This document shows, one piece after another, positions 10,240-18,754 of a stretch of 64,000 bases of DNA. A model generated the notes under the pieces. It did not search any database. It saw only the letters and a list, made by a program, of their open reading frames with translations, and was not told the DNA's origin. Source of the stretch: Nitrospirota bacterium (lineage in GTDB: Bacteria > Nitrospirota > UBA9217); contig OY760142.1 of NCBI GenBank assembly GCA_963663225.1, positions 1,344,001 to 1,408,000 on the forward strand, read 5' to 3'. Within the stretch, counting starts at the first letter, position 1. Every line of letters begins with the position of its first letter. A program made the position numbers and the translations under genes.

Positions 10240-11604
10240 GTGGAGAAAAAAAAATATAAAATAGGAATGATCAGCCTGGGGTGCCCCAAGAACCAGGTCG
10301 ACGCGGAGCAGATGCTCGGCGTGCTCGCCGGGTCCGGTTTTGAAATTACACCCGTGCAGAGCGAGGCCGACGTTATCGTCGTGAATACCTGCGGCTTCAT
10401 CGATTCCGCCAAGGAAGAGTCCATTGACGCCATTCTCGACGCTGCAAAAATGAAAACGCAGGGGTCCTTGAAAAAACTGATCATTGCCGGCTGCCTGGCG
10501 CAGCGCTACCGGGACGAACTTCTGCAGGAGCTTCCCGAAGCCGACGCCGTTATCGGCGCCGCGCAGATCGGCCGCGTCAATGAAATTTGCGAGAGGATGC
10601 TTTCTGAAGACAATCGGGTGCTCGATGTCGGCGCTCCGGCGCTGGTGTATGGTCTGCCGAGAATAAGCACGACACCGCGCCATTACCGCTATCTGAAAAT
10701 CGCGGAAGGCTGCAGCAACCGCTGCTCGTACTGCGCCATTCCCCTCATCCGGGGTGATTTCCAAAGCCGCCCTGCAGCCTCCATTCTGGAAGAAGCGCGC
10801 AAACTCTCTGATGAAGGCGCCCGGGAGCTTGTTTTGCTCGCGCAGGATTCAACCGGTTACCGTGATGATGAAATTGATCTTCCATTGCTGCTGAGAAAAC
10901 TCGCGAGTGTTTCAGGAATCCGGTGGATCAGGTTGATGTACGCATATCCGGGCAGGATCAGTCCCGCTTTGATGGAAGTCATGGCTAGCGAGGAAAAAAT
11001 TTGCAAGTACCTCGACATGCCCGTACAGCATATTGACGACAAAATTCTTGCTGCCATGAACAGGCACGGCACGTCCGACGATATCCGGCGCACGCTTGAA
11101 CAGCTGCGGAAGCACGTGCCGGGGATCGCGCTCAGGACCTCGCTCATCACCGGTTTCCCGGGCGAAACCGAAGCAGCATTCAGGCGGCTTCTTGCATTCG
11201 TACACGAGGCCGAGTTTGAACACCTCGGGGTCTTTCCGTATTCGCCAGAAGAAGACACGTTGGCTTCCACGCTCGAGGCCACGGTTCCGAGGGAAGTGGC
11301 CAATGAGCGGCTTGACCGGATCATGAAAGCGCAGGCGAAGATATCCCTCCGGAAAAACCACGCCCATGTCGGCAAACAACGGCGCGTGCTTGTTGACGGC
11401 ATGGAAGACATGGCGCTCATGGCAAGGCTCCAGACGCAGGCGCCGGAGATCGACGGCTCCGTCTACCTTTCAGAGATCGAGGCGGACCCGGGAGATTTTG
11501 TCGACGTGACGATTACCGATGCCACGGAGTATGATTTGAGGGGAGAGCCGGCAGGCAGTACAGCCGCTCCGCAACGTTCCCGCGATACAAAACGAAAGAG
11601 ATAG
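10240..11604 (+). CDS. rimO: Ribosomal protein S12 methylthiotransferase
   Basis: SLGCPKNQVDAE, NTCGFI, EGCSNRCSYCAIP radical SAM motif, APEIDG TRAM domain. Confidence 0.95.
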   Translation: MEKKKYKIGMISLGCPKNQVDAEQMLGVLAGSGFEITPVQSEADVIVVNTCGFIDSAKEESIDAILDAAKMKTQGSLKKLIIAGCLAQRYRDELLQELPEADAVIGAAQIGRVNEICERMLSEDNRVLDVGAPALVYGLPRISTTPRHYRYLKIAEGCSNRCSYCAIPLIRGDFQSRPAASILEEARKLSDEGARELVLLAQDSTGYRDDEIDLPLLLRKLASVSGIRWIRLMYAYPGRISPALMEVMASEEKICKYLDMPVQHIDDKILAAMNRHGTSDDIRRTLEQLRKHVPGIALRTSLITGFPGETEAAFRRLLAFVHEAEFEHLGVFPYSPEEDTLASTLEATVPREVANERLDRIMKAQAKISLRKNHAHVGKQRRVLVDGMEDMALMARLQTQAPEIDGSVYLSEIEADPGDFVDVTITDATEYDLRGEPAGSTAAPQRSRDTKRKR

Positions 11605-11661
11605 CCTGCATGCGCACTCGGTGCGCAGGCCATATTTACTTTACAAAAAAAAGAGGACGAT

Positions 11662-12870
11662 ATGCCGAATGAAAACCAAACACCGGAGATGACCGATCAC
11701 AACGAGGAAAATTTTGCGGAAATGCTCGAAAAAAGCATGACCAAACGCGGCAGGCTCGAACCCGGCCAGATGGTGGAGGCCATGATCGTCAAAATAACCG
11801 CGGACTGGATATTCCTTGATCTCGGCGGCAAGGGAGAAGGATATCTGGACAAAAAAGAAATGCTTGACGAAAACGGGGCAGTAACGGTCAGGGAAGGTGA
11901 AACTGTTCGCGCGTATTTCCTGTCCTCCGAGAACAACGAAATGCATTTCACGACCAAAATCGGTTCCGGTCCGGCAGGCCAGAAACAAATAGAAGATGCC
12001 TGGCGAAACCGCATCCCGGTCGAAGGCACGTTTGTAAAGGAGATAAAAGGCGGATTCGAGATCAAGATCGCGGGCGGCATGCGCGCATTCTGCCCCTTTT
12101 CCCAGACCGGCATACGGCGGGAAGAAAACCAGGCAGACTACATCGGGAAGTCGTTTCCGTTTACCATAACCGAGTACAACGAAAAAAATGTCGTTCTCTC
12201 CCGCAAGGCCATTCTCGAAGAAGAACGGGAAAACAAAAAGCAGGCGCTGAAATCAGAACTGAAAGAAGGCATGAAGGTGCGGGGCACGGTCACCTCCATC
12301 CAGAAATTCGGGGCCTTTGTGAACATCGGCGGCGTGGAGGGTTTGATTCCCGTCTCGGAGATTGCCTGGGGCAGGACCGAAAAGGTGGGAGACGTGCTTG
12401 CTGTCGGGCAGGAAGTCGACGTCATCATCAAGTCAATTGACTGGGCCAAAGACCGCATCTCGTTCAGCCTGAAAGACGCCCTTCCCGATCCGTGGGAGAG
12501 CGCGGCGGAAAAATATCCTGTCGGCACCTTCCACGCGGGAACCGTTGCCCGCCTCATGCCATTCGGCGCGTTCGTCACCCTTGGGAAGGGTGTGGACGGC
12601 CTTATCCCCATATCAAAACTGGGCGCAGGCAAGAGGCTGAACCATCCCAAGGAAGTTCTGAAGGAAGGGCAGGCGATAGAAGTGAAGGTTGAAGCTGTCG
12701 ATCGGTCGCAGAAAAAGATATCGCTCTCACTTGCCGAAGTCAGCCGGGAAGAAGCCGAGGCCGCAGCGACCCTGAAGAACTACCAGGAAAAAGCAAAGGA
12801 AGTGCCGAAGAATCTGGGGAGCCTCGGGGAACTGCTCAGGGCGAAGATGGAGCAGAAAGAGAAAAAGTAG
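11662..12870 (+). CDS. rpsA: 30S ribosomal protein S1 (short form, about 4 S1 domains; possibly a paralog)
   Basis: Repeated S1 motifs (FGAFVNIGGVEGLIPVSEI, FGAFVTLGKGVDGLIPISKL); C-terminal LGSLGELL. Confidence 0.85.
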   Translation: MPNENQTPEMTDHNEENFAEMLEKSMTKRGRLEPGQMVEAMIVKITADWIFLDLGGKGEGYLDKKEMLDENGAVTVREGETVRAYFLSSENNEMHFTTKIGSGPAGQKQIEDAWRNRIPVEGTFVKEIKGGFEIKIAGGMRAFCPFSQTGIRREENQADYIGKSFPFTITEYNEKNVVLSRKAILEEERENKKQALKSELKEGMKVRGTVTSIQKFGAFVNIGGVEGLIPVSEIAWGRTEKVGDVLAVGQEVDVIIKSIDWAKDRISFSLKDALPDPWESAAEKYPVGTFHAGTVARLMPFGAFVTLGKGVDGLIPISKLGAGKRLNHPKEVLKEGQAIEVKVEAVDRSQKKISLSLAEVSREEAEAAATLKNYQEKAKEVPKNLGSLGELLRAKMEQKEKK

Positions 12871-12927
12871 CCGATAATGCGGTTGAGTGACCGGTCCTGA
12901 AGCAATCCACTTGAATTCTCTAGTTCG

Positions 12928-13365
12928 TCATTTTTCGCTATCAGCCGCATGTACTCTCAACTTGCCGTTGAAATAGGTCTGCTTCACGAGCAGAGCCTTG
13001 CTCCTTGCCCATTGCTCAAGTCCCATTTTTTTGATCAGGCAGAGGTTAAACAGCTTGGTATTGTGCGGCCTGACCGATGCCTGATCCGCATAAGGATGCA
13101 GATGGTCGCAGGGGAAATCGGCGCACTCATAGCAGAATGTGATGCCCTTCCGGGCCGCGCAGCAGAACACATTGCACGGCCTGGTGTCGCCCAGGAAGGA
13201 TATCGTCCCCTCCGCGTTTCGGCACCCCGCACATCGGGCTTTTTCCGCCGGAATACCGAGCTTTTCCGACAAGGCTGCTCTGAGATTCGAATCTTCATTC
13301 GCGAGATACAAGGGGCAATTAAAGCAATCCAAACCGCATGGTGATGTCATGCGCTGATAATCCAT
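12928..13365 (-). CDS. DUF3795-like Cys-rich protein
   Basis: PCGLDCFNC...CAGC...C..FCC...FCYECADFPC. Confidence 0.8.
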   Translation of the reverse strand: MDYQRMTSPCGLDCFNCPLYLANEDSNLRAALSEKLGIPAEKARCAGCRNAEGTISFLGDTRPCNVFCCAARKGITFCYECADFPCDHLHPYADQASVRPHNTKLFNLCLIKKMGLEQWARSKALLVKQTYFNGKLRVHAADSEK

Positions 13366-13426
13366 ACTCTTTTATTCCTTTCAGCAGCTCAGGCTGAGCA
13401 GCGTCCAGCAAAATCAAACCTGCTGA

Positions 13427-13660
13427 TTATTTTGCCGGGCAAGTCGTCACGCAAGCCTCATATCCTTCTTTACAAGCTCTTAACGTTTCAGACTTGAAAC
13501 CAACCTGATTCCCTCCAGAAACACACGACGAATAAGTTATTGTGCATTGTCTTGCGCAAGTAGCCTCGACTTTGCTTATATCCACATCTTTAATGCTATA
13601 AGCACAGCCAGTAAATGATATAAAAACAGTGAAGAAAAGCAGTAATAAAATTTTCATCAA
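13427..13660 (-). CDS. Small Cys-rich lipoprotein
   Basis: Lipobox FTGC; six further Cys; GGGAGG SD; AT-richer than flanks. Confidence 0.7.
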   Translation of the reverse strand: MMKILLLLFFTVFISFTGCAYSIKDVDISKVEATCARQCTITYSSCVSGGNQVGFKSETLRACKEGYEACVTTCPAK

Positions 13661-13731
13661 TAGCCTCCCATGTTTTGGACTGCCTTATGGCCCTTCCTGA
13701 AGATCAGTATGTCAATAACTTCGTTTATCTA

Positions 13732-14862
13732 TCAAAGAACTTCACGCACCACAGTTTTGCGCAATAAGGCCGACAGAAGCCAGCTCGCGATCAAGCCAAC
13801 AAAGAGGGTGAGCAGGAACTTGAGTTCTGCCGGCAAAGGCTTCGTGAGCAGGTAGAACTGAAACCAAGTCACAAAACCGTAATGAAAGATGTAAATGCCG
13901 TACGCGTTCGCTGTAAAGCTGTCCGCCAGGGGCCGGGCAGTCCGAAAGAAAGAATGGGCAAGGCCCAGCGCGCCAAGACTGGTGAAGGCGCAGCAGAGAG
14001 AATAGATTGTAGCAGGGAGTGCTTTTACTACCCATTCCGGCATGTTCGCGAAATACTCCGCCCTCAATCCCAGCAAACCTGCCACATACGCTAAAATTCC
14101 CAAGGCAAGCCAAAGCGGCCACGGTCTTAGATTGTCTCGCGATAAAGACAGTTCTAAGTTTGCGGCGCCGAGCGCAGCGCCAAGCAGAAACCAGCCAAAA
14201 TACAGGAAGAGCCTCCCGGTCTGAAAAACGAACGGGCCCCACAAGCGGGTCCATGCCTCGGGCAGAATGAACAGGGACGGGAGAACGGTTGTCAGCAGGG
14301 TCACAGTCAGTACTATGCCGACCAGGCTCCGGGCCGATAAGGCGGAGAGGGACAACTTTTTCATGAGATTGGGAATCAATCGATAGGCGACGGCGACAAC
14401 CCCTGAGAAAGCAAGCAAGAGCCAGATGAACCAGGCCGGCCCGGGCGTCCAATTGCTGTTGTCAAAGAATCCAGACAGAAAATCCCCCCGGCTAATCGGG
14501 TCGCTTAAAAGCCAGGATGGGTAGAACGCCAGCGGGCTGAGCACCATGGCGGAGATAATGAAAGGAATGCCAAGGCGTTTCGCACGGTCGGAAAGGAATC
14601 GACCAGATCTCTTTCGCTCAAGGGCCGGCATCACGAACAGCCCTGATATGAGAAACATAAGGGGCATGAAGAACATATCGTTGAAGTGCACAAGAAGGTC
14701 GAGCGGCATCCAACGGAGCGTATCAACGACCGGCGCGGTGGATCGCAAGTACTGCGCAGGGTCGTAATGACTGAAAGTGGTGTATGCCAGTGCAGCGTGA
14801 TGTACGACTACCAGTATGGTTACTCCGCTCCGCAGGTAGTCGATCGCCAGGTTTCGTTTCAA
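13732..14862 (-). CDS. Acyltransferase-3 (OpgC/OafA-like) membrane O-acyltransferase
   Basis: IDYLR..VVVHH, FFMPLMFLISG, RAKRLGIP, WFIWLL, YGIYIFH. Confidence 0.9.
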   Translation of the reverse strand: MKRNLAIDYLRSGVTILVVVHHAALAYTTFSHYDPAQYLRSTAPVVDTLRWMPLDLLVHFNDMFFMPLMFLISGLFVMPALERKRSGRFLSDRAKRLGIPFIISAMVLSPLAFYPSWLLSDPISRGDFLSGFFDNSNWTPGPAWFIWLLLAFSGVVAVAYRLIPNLMKKLSLSALSARSLVGIVLTVTLLTTVLPSLFILPEAWTRLWGPFVFQTGRLFLYFGWFLLGAALGAANLELSLSRDNLRPWPLWLALGILAYVAGLLGLRAEYFANMPEWVVKALPATIYSLCCAFTSLGALGLAHSFFRTARPLADSFTANAYGIYIFHYGFVTWFQFYLLTKPLPAELKFLLTLFVGLIASWLLSALLRKTVVREVL

Positions 14863-14881
14863 ACGGTTTCTCCGAAAGGGA

Positions 14882-14938
14882 ATCCAATGCGGCAGTTAAG
14901 CCGCGCGCGTAGCGCGTCGCTGGAATCTTTGGTTATAC
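14882..14938 (-). repeat. Degenerate integron attC-like site
   Basis: Minus strand GTATAAC-caaagattccagcgacgcgctacgcgcgcggcttaactgccgc-ATTGGAT; TAAC overlaps the stop codon of 14933..15436; R' core GTT appears as ATT. Confidence 0.6.
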
Positions 14939-15436
14939 GGTTTTTTGTTTCCTGAACCAACCCCCAAAGGTATGCTGAATCATTGCTCCAACAGCAGAGA
15001 ATGCCTCAATTTCTTCCTTTTCAGGATCATTTTTCTCTAAAAGGTTTATTGAGAGCCAGCTACCCATCGCTTGATGAAAGGGAATCCCAGCCTCGCAATA
15101 GCGGTGTAGTAAACCGCTTAGATTCTCCAATGCCTGATAGCCTTTTGAATGGAATCGGAAGAGTTCTTCTCCAATCTTCGTATAGACAGTTTCACGTTTG
15201 TCCTCTGGAACATAGTCGGCGATAGTAACAAATGCAGTTCCGACAGAGGCAACTGTGACATGAAAATCCCATGATTCAGCAGGCACTGCGCCACTCTTGA
15301 AGTAATCACTAATCAGAGGGATGTTATCAATGGCTGTCACTGTTGAGTTCGTTGCAAAAATGCTTGCTGACTGCACCAAGTTTGTTGCTTGATTCTCAAA
15401 ATAATTGTCTTTGTCGAAGAATCTCCCGAAAACCAT
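14933..15436 (-). CDS. Hypothetical protein (cassette-like)
   Basis: 167-aa ORF, GAGG SD, AT-rich, flanked by attC-like sites. Confidence 0.75.
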   Translation of the reverse strand: MVFGRFFDKDNYFENQATNLVQSASIFATNSTVTAIDNIPLISDYFKSGAVPAESWDFHVTVASVGTAFVTIADYVPEDKRETVYTKIGEELFRFHSKGYQALENLSGLLHRYCEAGIPFHQAMGSWLSINLLEKNDPEKEEIEAFSAVGAMIQHTFGGWFRKQKTV

Positions 15437-15472
15437 TCTTTTACCTCATGCTAGAAATAAGTTTGCCTCATT

Positions 15473-15525
15473 CGATAACGCCGCCGTGATGGACCGTCAG
15501 GTTTCTCTCGAGAGCGTTGTTAGTC
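15473..15525 (-). repeat. Degenerate integron attC-like site
   Basis: Minus strand GACTAAC...cggcggc-GTTATCG (53 bp), 6 nt after the stop of 15532..16071; the matching core GTTAGTC lies at 16106-16112. Confidence 0.55.
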
Positions 15526-15531
15526 TTGATG

Positions 15532-16071
15532 CTATTTCGTCTGGGGCTTGTTATGCTTATTAAGCATTTCAACCGAAGCGTTCTTCATCGTTTCTGCGAG
15601 CTTGGCTGGAATATAAATAGCAATAACATTCATTGATAACATGTCAGGCTGCGAATTGAGCGGATAACGATATTTCAATCCATAGATAAGAACATCGCCG
15701 CTCTTGTTTTGCCAGTCGGTTTGCCAAACGTGAACCTTTGTATTTGGCTTTCTTGATGCATCTTCATAGTCAGACCAGCCACGCACGATTGATGTTGGCA
15801 GACCTGGGTTTAAGAAGTCCTCTTTGAGAGGTGTCCAGCCCATGTCGTTTGTTTTCTTTAAGAGTTGATCGATAACTTCAGGAGCAGGATAGGCGGCTTT
15901 AAGATTGTAAGTCACCTGATCAGTATTGTTGACCTTTGCATAATTAATGTTTGTTGCTCCTGCTAAAACTATTAAAGACTCTGAATAATTCTTCGAGTCA
16001 TGATTTGCTTTGGTCTGACAGCTGGAGATAAGAACAGCCAGAAGCACCAACGAGAACGAAAAATGTTTCAT
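15532..16071 (-). CDS. Hypothetical lipoprotein (cassette-like)
   Basis: MKHFSFSLVLLAVLISSC lipobox; GAGGTG SD. Confidence 0.8.
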   Translation of the reverse strand: MKHFSFSLVLLAVLISSCQTKANHDSKNYSESLIVLAGATNINYAKVNNTDQVTYNLKAAYPAPEVIDQLLKKTNDMGWTPLKEDFLNPGLPTSIVRGWSDYEDASRKPNTKVHVWQTDWQNKSGDVLIYGLKYRYPLNSQPDMLSMNVIAIYIPAKLAETMKNASVEMLNKHNKPQTK

Positions 16072-16333
16072 GAATACACCTCTGCTTTGGCCCATTACTC
16101 CACCGGACTAACAAGCTATTAGCAACTCGAAAATACGGTAGCATATATTCGTAGCTTGGTCAATTAATTTAAGAATTTCTTGCTAATTATTAGAATTTAT
16201 TGGAACCCGAAATAATAACATTTAAAATATGGCATAGCTTTTGAGGAATACTGAGATTGTAGTCTGTTACGAATGTCACATTCCACGAATCGTTTCTTGA
16301 ATTCCCTCGCCCTCCCATGCTACACTGCCTTTT

Positions 16334-16864
16334 ATGATAGCTACATTTTTCCAAAGCCTCAATCGACGTCACGTTCCGCGTAGACTTGGTGAACGATCTG
16401 TATTGGGTTTAGTTGTTGGCATCGGGATCAGTTTTCTGATTTCCTCCATGGGTGTACAAACGGCATATGCTGGTGAAGCGTCAGCAACACGGTTGCAGCA
16501 GCCCAGGATGGTTGTTGTAATGCCGTCTGATTCCTCTTTGCTTGCGAAAACTTTTCGTGTAGTTCTCCTGTGCAACACGCTGGAATCGCGCACGAACGGC
16601 CTGCAAGGGTTCAGAAAGTTGAATAAGAACGAGGCAGCTTTGTTCGTCTTCGACAAACTAGAAGAAGTTACCTTCTGGATGGGAAGCGTTGCTTATCCCA
16701 TAGATATTATTTTCGTCGGCCCAAACAAGAAAATTATCAAAGTGTACCGAAACCGCCAGCCAGGCAGTCAGGACTTGTATTCTTCCATCAGCAAGACAAA
16801 ATGGGTGATTGAAACTGCCGCAGGTTCGGGGATCAAGGCCGGAGACAGAATACGCATAGAATAG
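16334..16864 (+). CDS. DUF192-family protein
   Basis: GLQ..., LFVF, FWM...YPIDIIF, VIETAAG. Confidence 0.8.
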   Translation: MIATFFQSLNRRHVPRRLGERSVLGLVVGIGISFLISSMGVQTAYAGEASATRLQQPRMVVVMPSDSSLLAKTFRVVLLCNTLESRTNGLQGFRKLNKNEAALFVFDKLEEVTFWMGSVAYPIDIIFVGPNKKIIKVYRNRQPGSQDLYSSISKTKWVIETAAGSGIKAGDRIRIE

Positions 16865-16904
16865 TCTTATTCACCGGTAAAATAAAAACTGTACACGAGG
16901 TTTT

Positions 16905-17642
16905 ATGGAGATAGGCTACCGGATCATAAGGCCAGAAGACGTTGGCATACAGCCGCTTCAATTTGCGCAGATATCATTCTGGCGCGTGGCAAACTGGCGG
17001 GTTGCCGTGGGCGCGCAAGCAGTGAAAGAAGCTGTGGAAATGGCAGCAGCCTGCAAAGCGCGCGGCATCAGGACAATATATCATCCCATCGAATATCCAT
17101 TGACCGGCGTACTTGCGCCGCAAACCATGGAAGTGATGCGCGGCCTCGCAGCGTCGTGCGACCTCGGCTTTATCATCCATGATGAAAGGGACGCGGATGG
17201 AAAGAGGCTTTCTTCCGAGGAGCAGACGGTCTATGAACAAAATGTACTCCAGTTAAGCAAACTATTTCCGGTCTCAATCGAGAACGCCATCAACTCAAAT
17301 GATATCTCGTGGTTCTGGGAACGGTTTATTCCTTCTGCTCCTCCGAATGTATCAATCACAATCGATATCGGCCATATGGAATCTGCTGACATGGATTCAA
17401 TCGCCTATATAGAGAGCATGCCGGAACAGCTTGTAACGCGCGTAAAGTACGTGCATCTCCACCACAAGGCGGAGGAGCGTTATGGAATCAAAGACCACTG
17501 GCCGCTGGTGCCCGGGTGCAGGGAAATCGAGGCGCTAAAAGTGCTGCTTAAGCGCAAATCGGATGTAGGAGTCATTCTCGAACTGAACGCGGCCAAGCCT
17601 GGCATGGGCCAAAGCATCGAATTGTTAAAAAACTTGCAGTAA
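16905..17642 (+). CDS. Xylose-isomerase-like TIM-barrel protein
   Basis: SIEN, TIDIGH, VHLHH, DHWP, ILE metal-ligand pattern. Confidence 0.75.
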   Translation: MEIGYRIIRPEDVGIQPLQFAQISFWRVANWRVAVGAQAVKEAVEMAAACKARGIRTIYHPIEYPLTGVLAPQTMEVMRGLAASCDLGFIIHDERDADGKRLSSEEQTVYEQNVLQLSKLFPVSIENAINSNDISWFWERFIPSAPPNVSITIDIGHMESADMDSIAYIESMPEQLVTRVKYVHLHHKAEERYGIKDHWPLVPGCREIEALKVLLKRKSDVGVILELNAAKPGMGQSIELLKNLQ

Positions 17643-17679
17643 GCAGGTCAACCGAGGGCACAAGCCGAAAGTCATATTT

Positions 17680-18606
17680 ATGAAAATTATTCCTCTTGCA
17701 GCAGAATCGCTCGGAACCCGGAGCGCGGCCTTCTTTGTAGAAACTGTTGACCTGAAAGTCCTCATCGACCCCGGAGTCTCGCTCGCACCCTTCCGATTCA
17801 ATCTGCCGCCGCATCCTCTGGAAGTCAAAGCTCTGAACGAAAGCTGGGACCATATTAAAAAATTCGCGGCCCTGGCAGACGTTCTCATCATAACGCATTA
17901 TCATTTTGATCATTTTGACCCGACAGAACCGCTGGTCTTTAACGGTAAAATTCTTCTTATAAAACATCCGGAGGAAAACATCAACACGAGCCAGCGCGCC
18001 CGCGCGAAGGGGCTGATAAGGAACTTCAGGACGCTGCCGCGGCGGGTGGATTTCGCGGATAACAATGTGTTTGAGTTTGGCAAGACCGTGATCCGCTTTT
18101 CCCGCGCGGTGCCTCACGGTCCGAACACCAAGGTTGGCTGGGTTGTGGAAACATCGATCCGCGACGAGAGCGGATCGTTTCTGTACTCATCGGATGTTGA
18201 GGGGGCATGCCTGCCTGAACATCTTGAGTTTATCCGCGCGGAACAGCCAGCGGTACTTTATCTTGACGGGCCGTTGGTGTATCTGCCGGGAGCGGAATAT
18301 ACCCATGACGATCTCCGCGCTTCAATCAGGAACATCAGTAGTATTCTTCAAACACCGCCAGTCAAAACAGTTATTATCGACCATCACCTGCTCAGGGAAG
18401 ACAACTGGGCAAAAGAAATAAAAGAAGTTTTTTCGACAGCACAGAACCTTGGCAAACGAGTCGTGACTTCCGCGGAATTTCTTGAACAGGAGACCACGCT
18501 GTTAGAAGCGCGGAGACAGCAACTCTATGCCCAACACCCAAACATGCCGCAGGAACAGATCAAACGAAGCAGCGATTTTCAGCTCGTAAAAAAATTACGC
18601 ACATAA
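17680..18606 (+). CDS. Metallo-beta-lactamase-fold hydrolase, UPF0282-like
   Basis: AAESLGTRS, IDPGVSLAP.RF.LPPHP.E, THYHFDH, SDV.G, IDHHLLR. Confidence 0.85.
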   Translation: MKIIPLAAESLGTRSAAFFVETVDLKVLIDPGVSLAPFRFNLPPHPLEVKALNESWDHIKKFAALADVLIITHYHFDHFDPTEPLVFNGKILLIKHPEENINTSQRARAKGLIRNFRTLPRRVDFADNNVFEFGKTVIRFSRAVPHGPNTKVGWVVETSIRDESGSFLYSSDVEGACLPEHLEFIRAEQPAVLYLDGPLVYLPGAEYTHDDLRASIRNISSILQTPPVKTVIIDHHLLREDNWAKEIKEVFSTAQNLGKRVVTSAEFLEQETTLLEARRQQLYAQHPNMPQEQIKRSSDFQLVKKLRT

Positions 18607-18754
18607 AATCCAGTCCAGCTTGACATGCGCATACCTGCCGTTATACTCAAAGTAACAGGATTTTCCGCCATACAGACCGGATAATTTTACAAAAACATAA
18701 TCATCGAGGAGTGCGCGGCGTTTCCGTACCCGCAACCGCTGCATTATTACTTTT

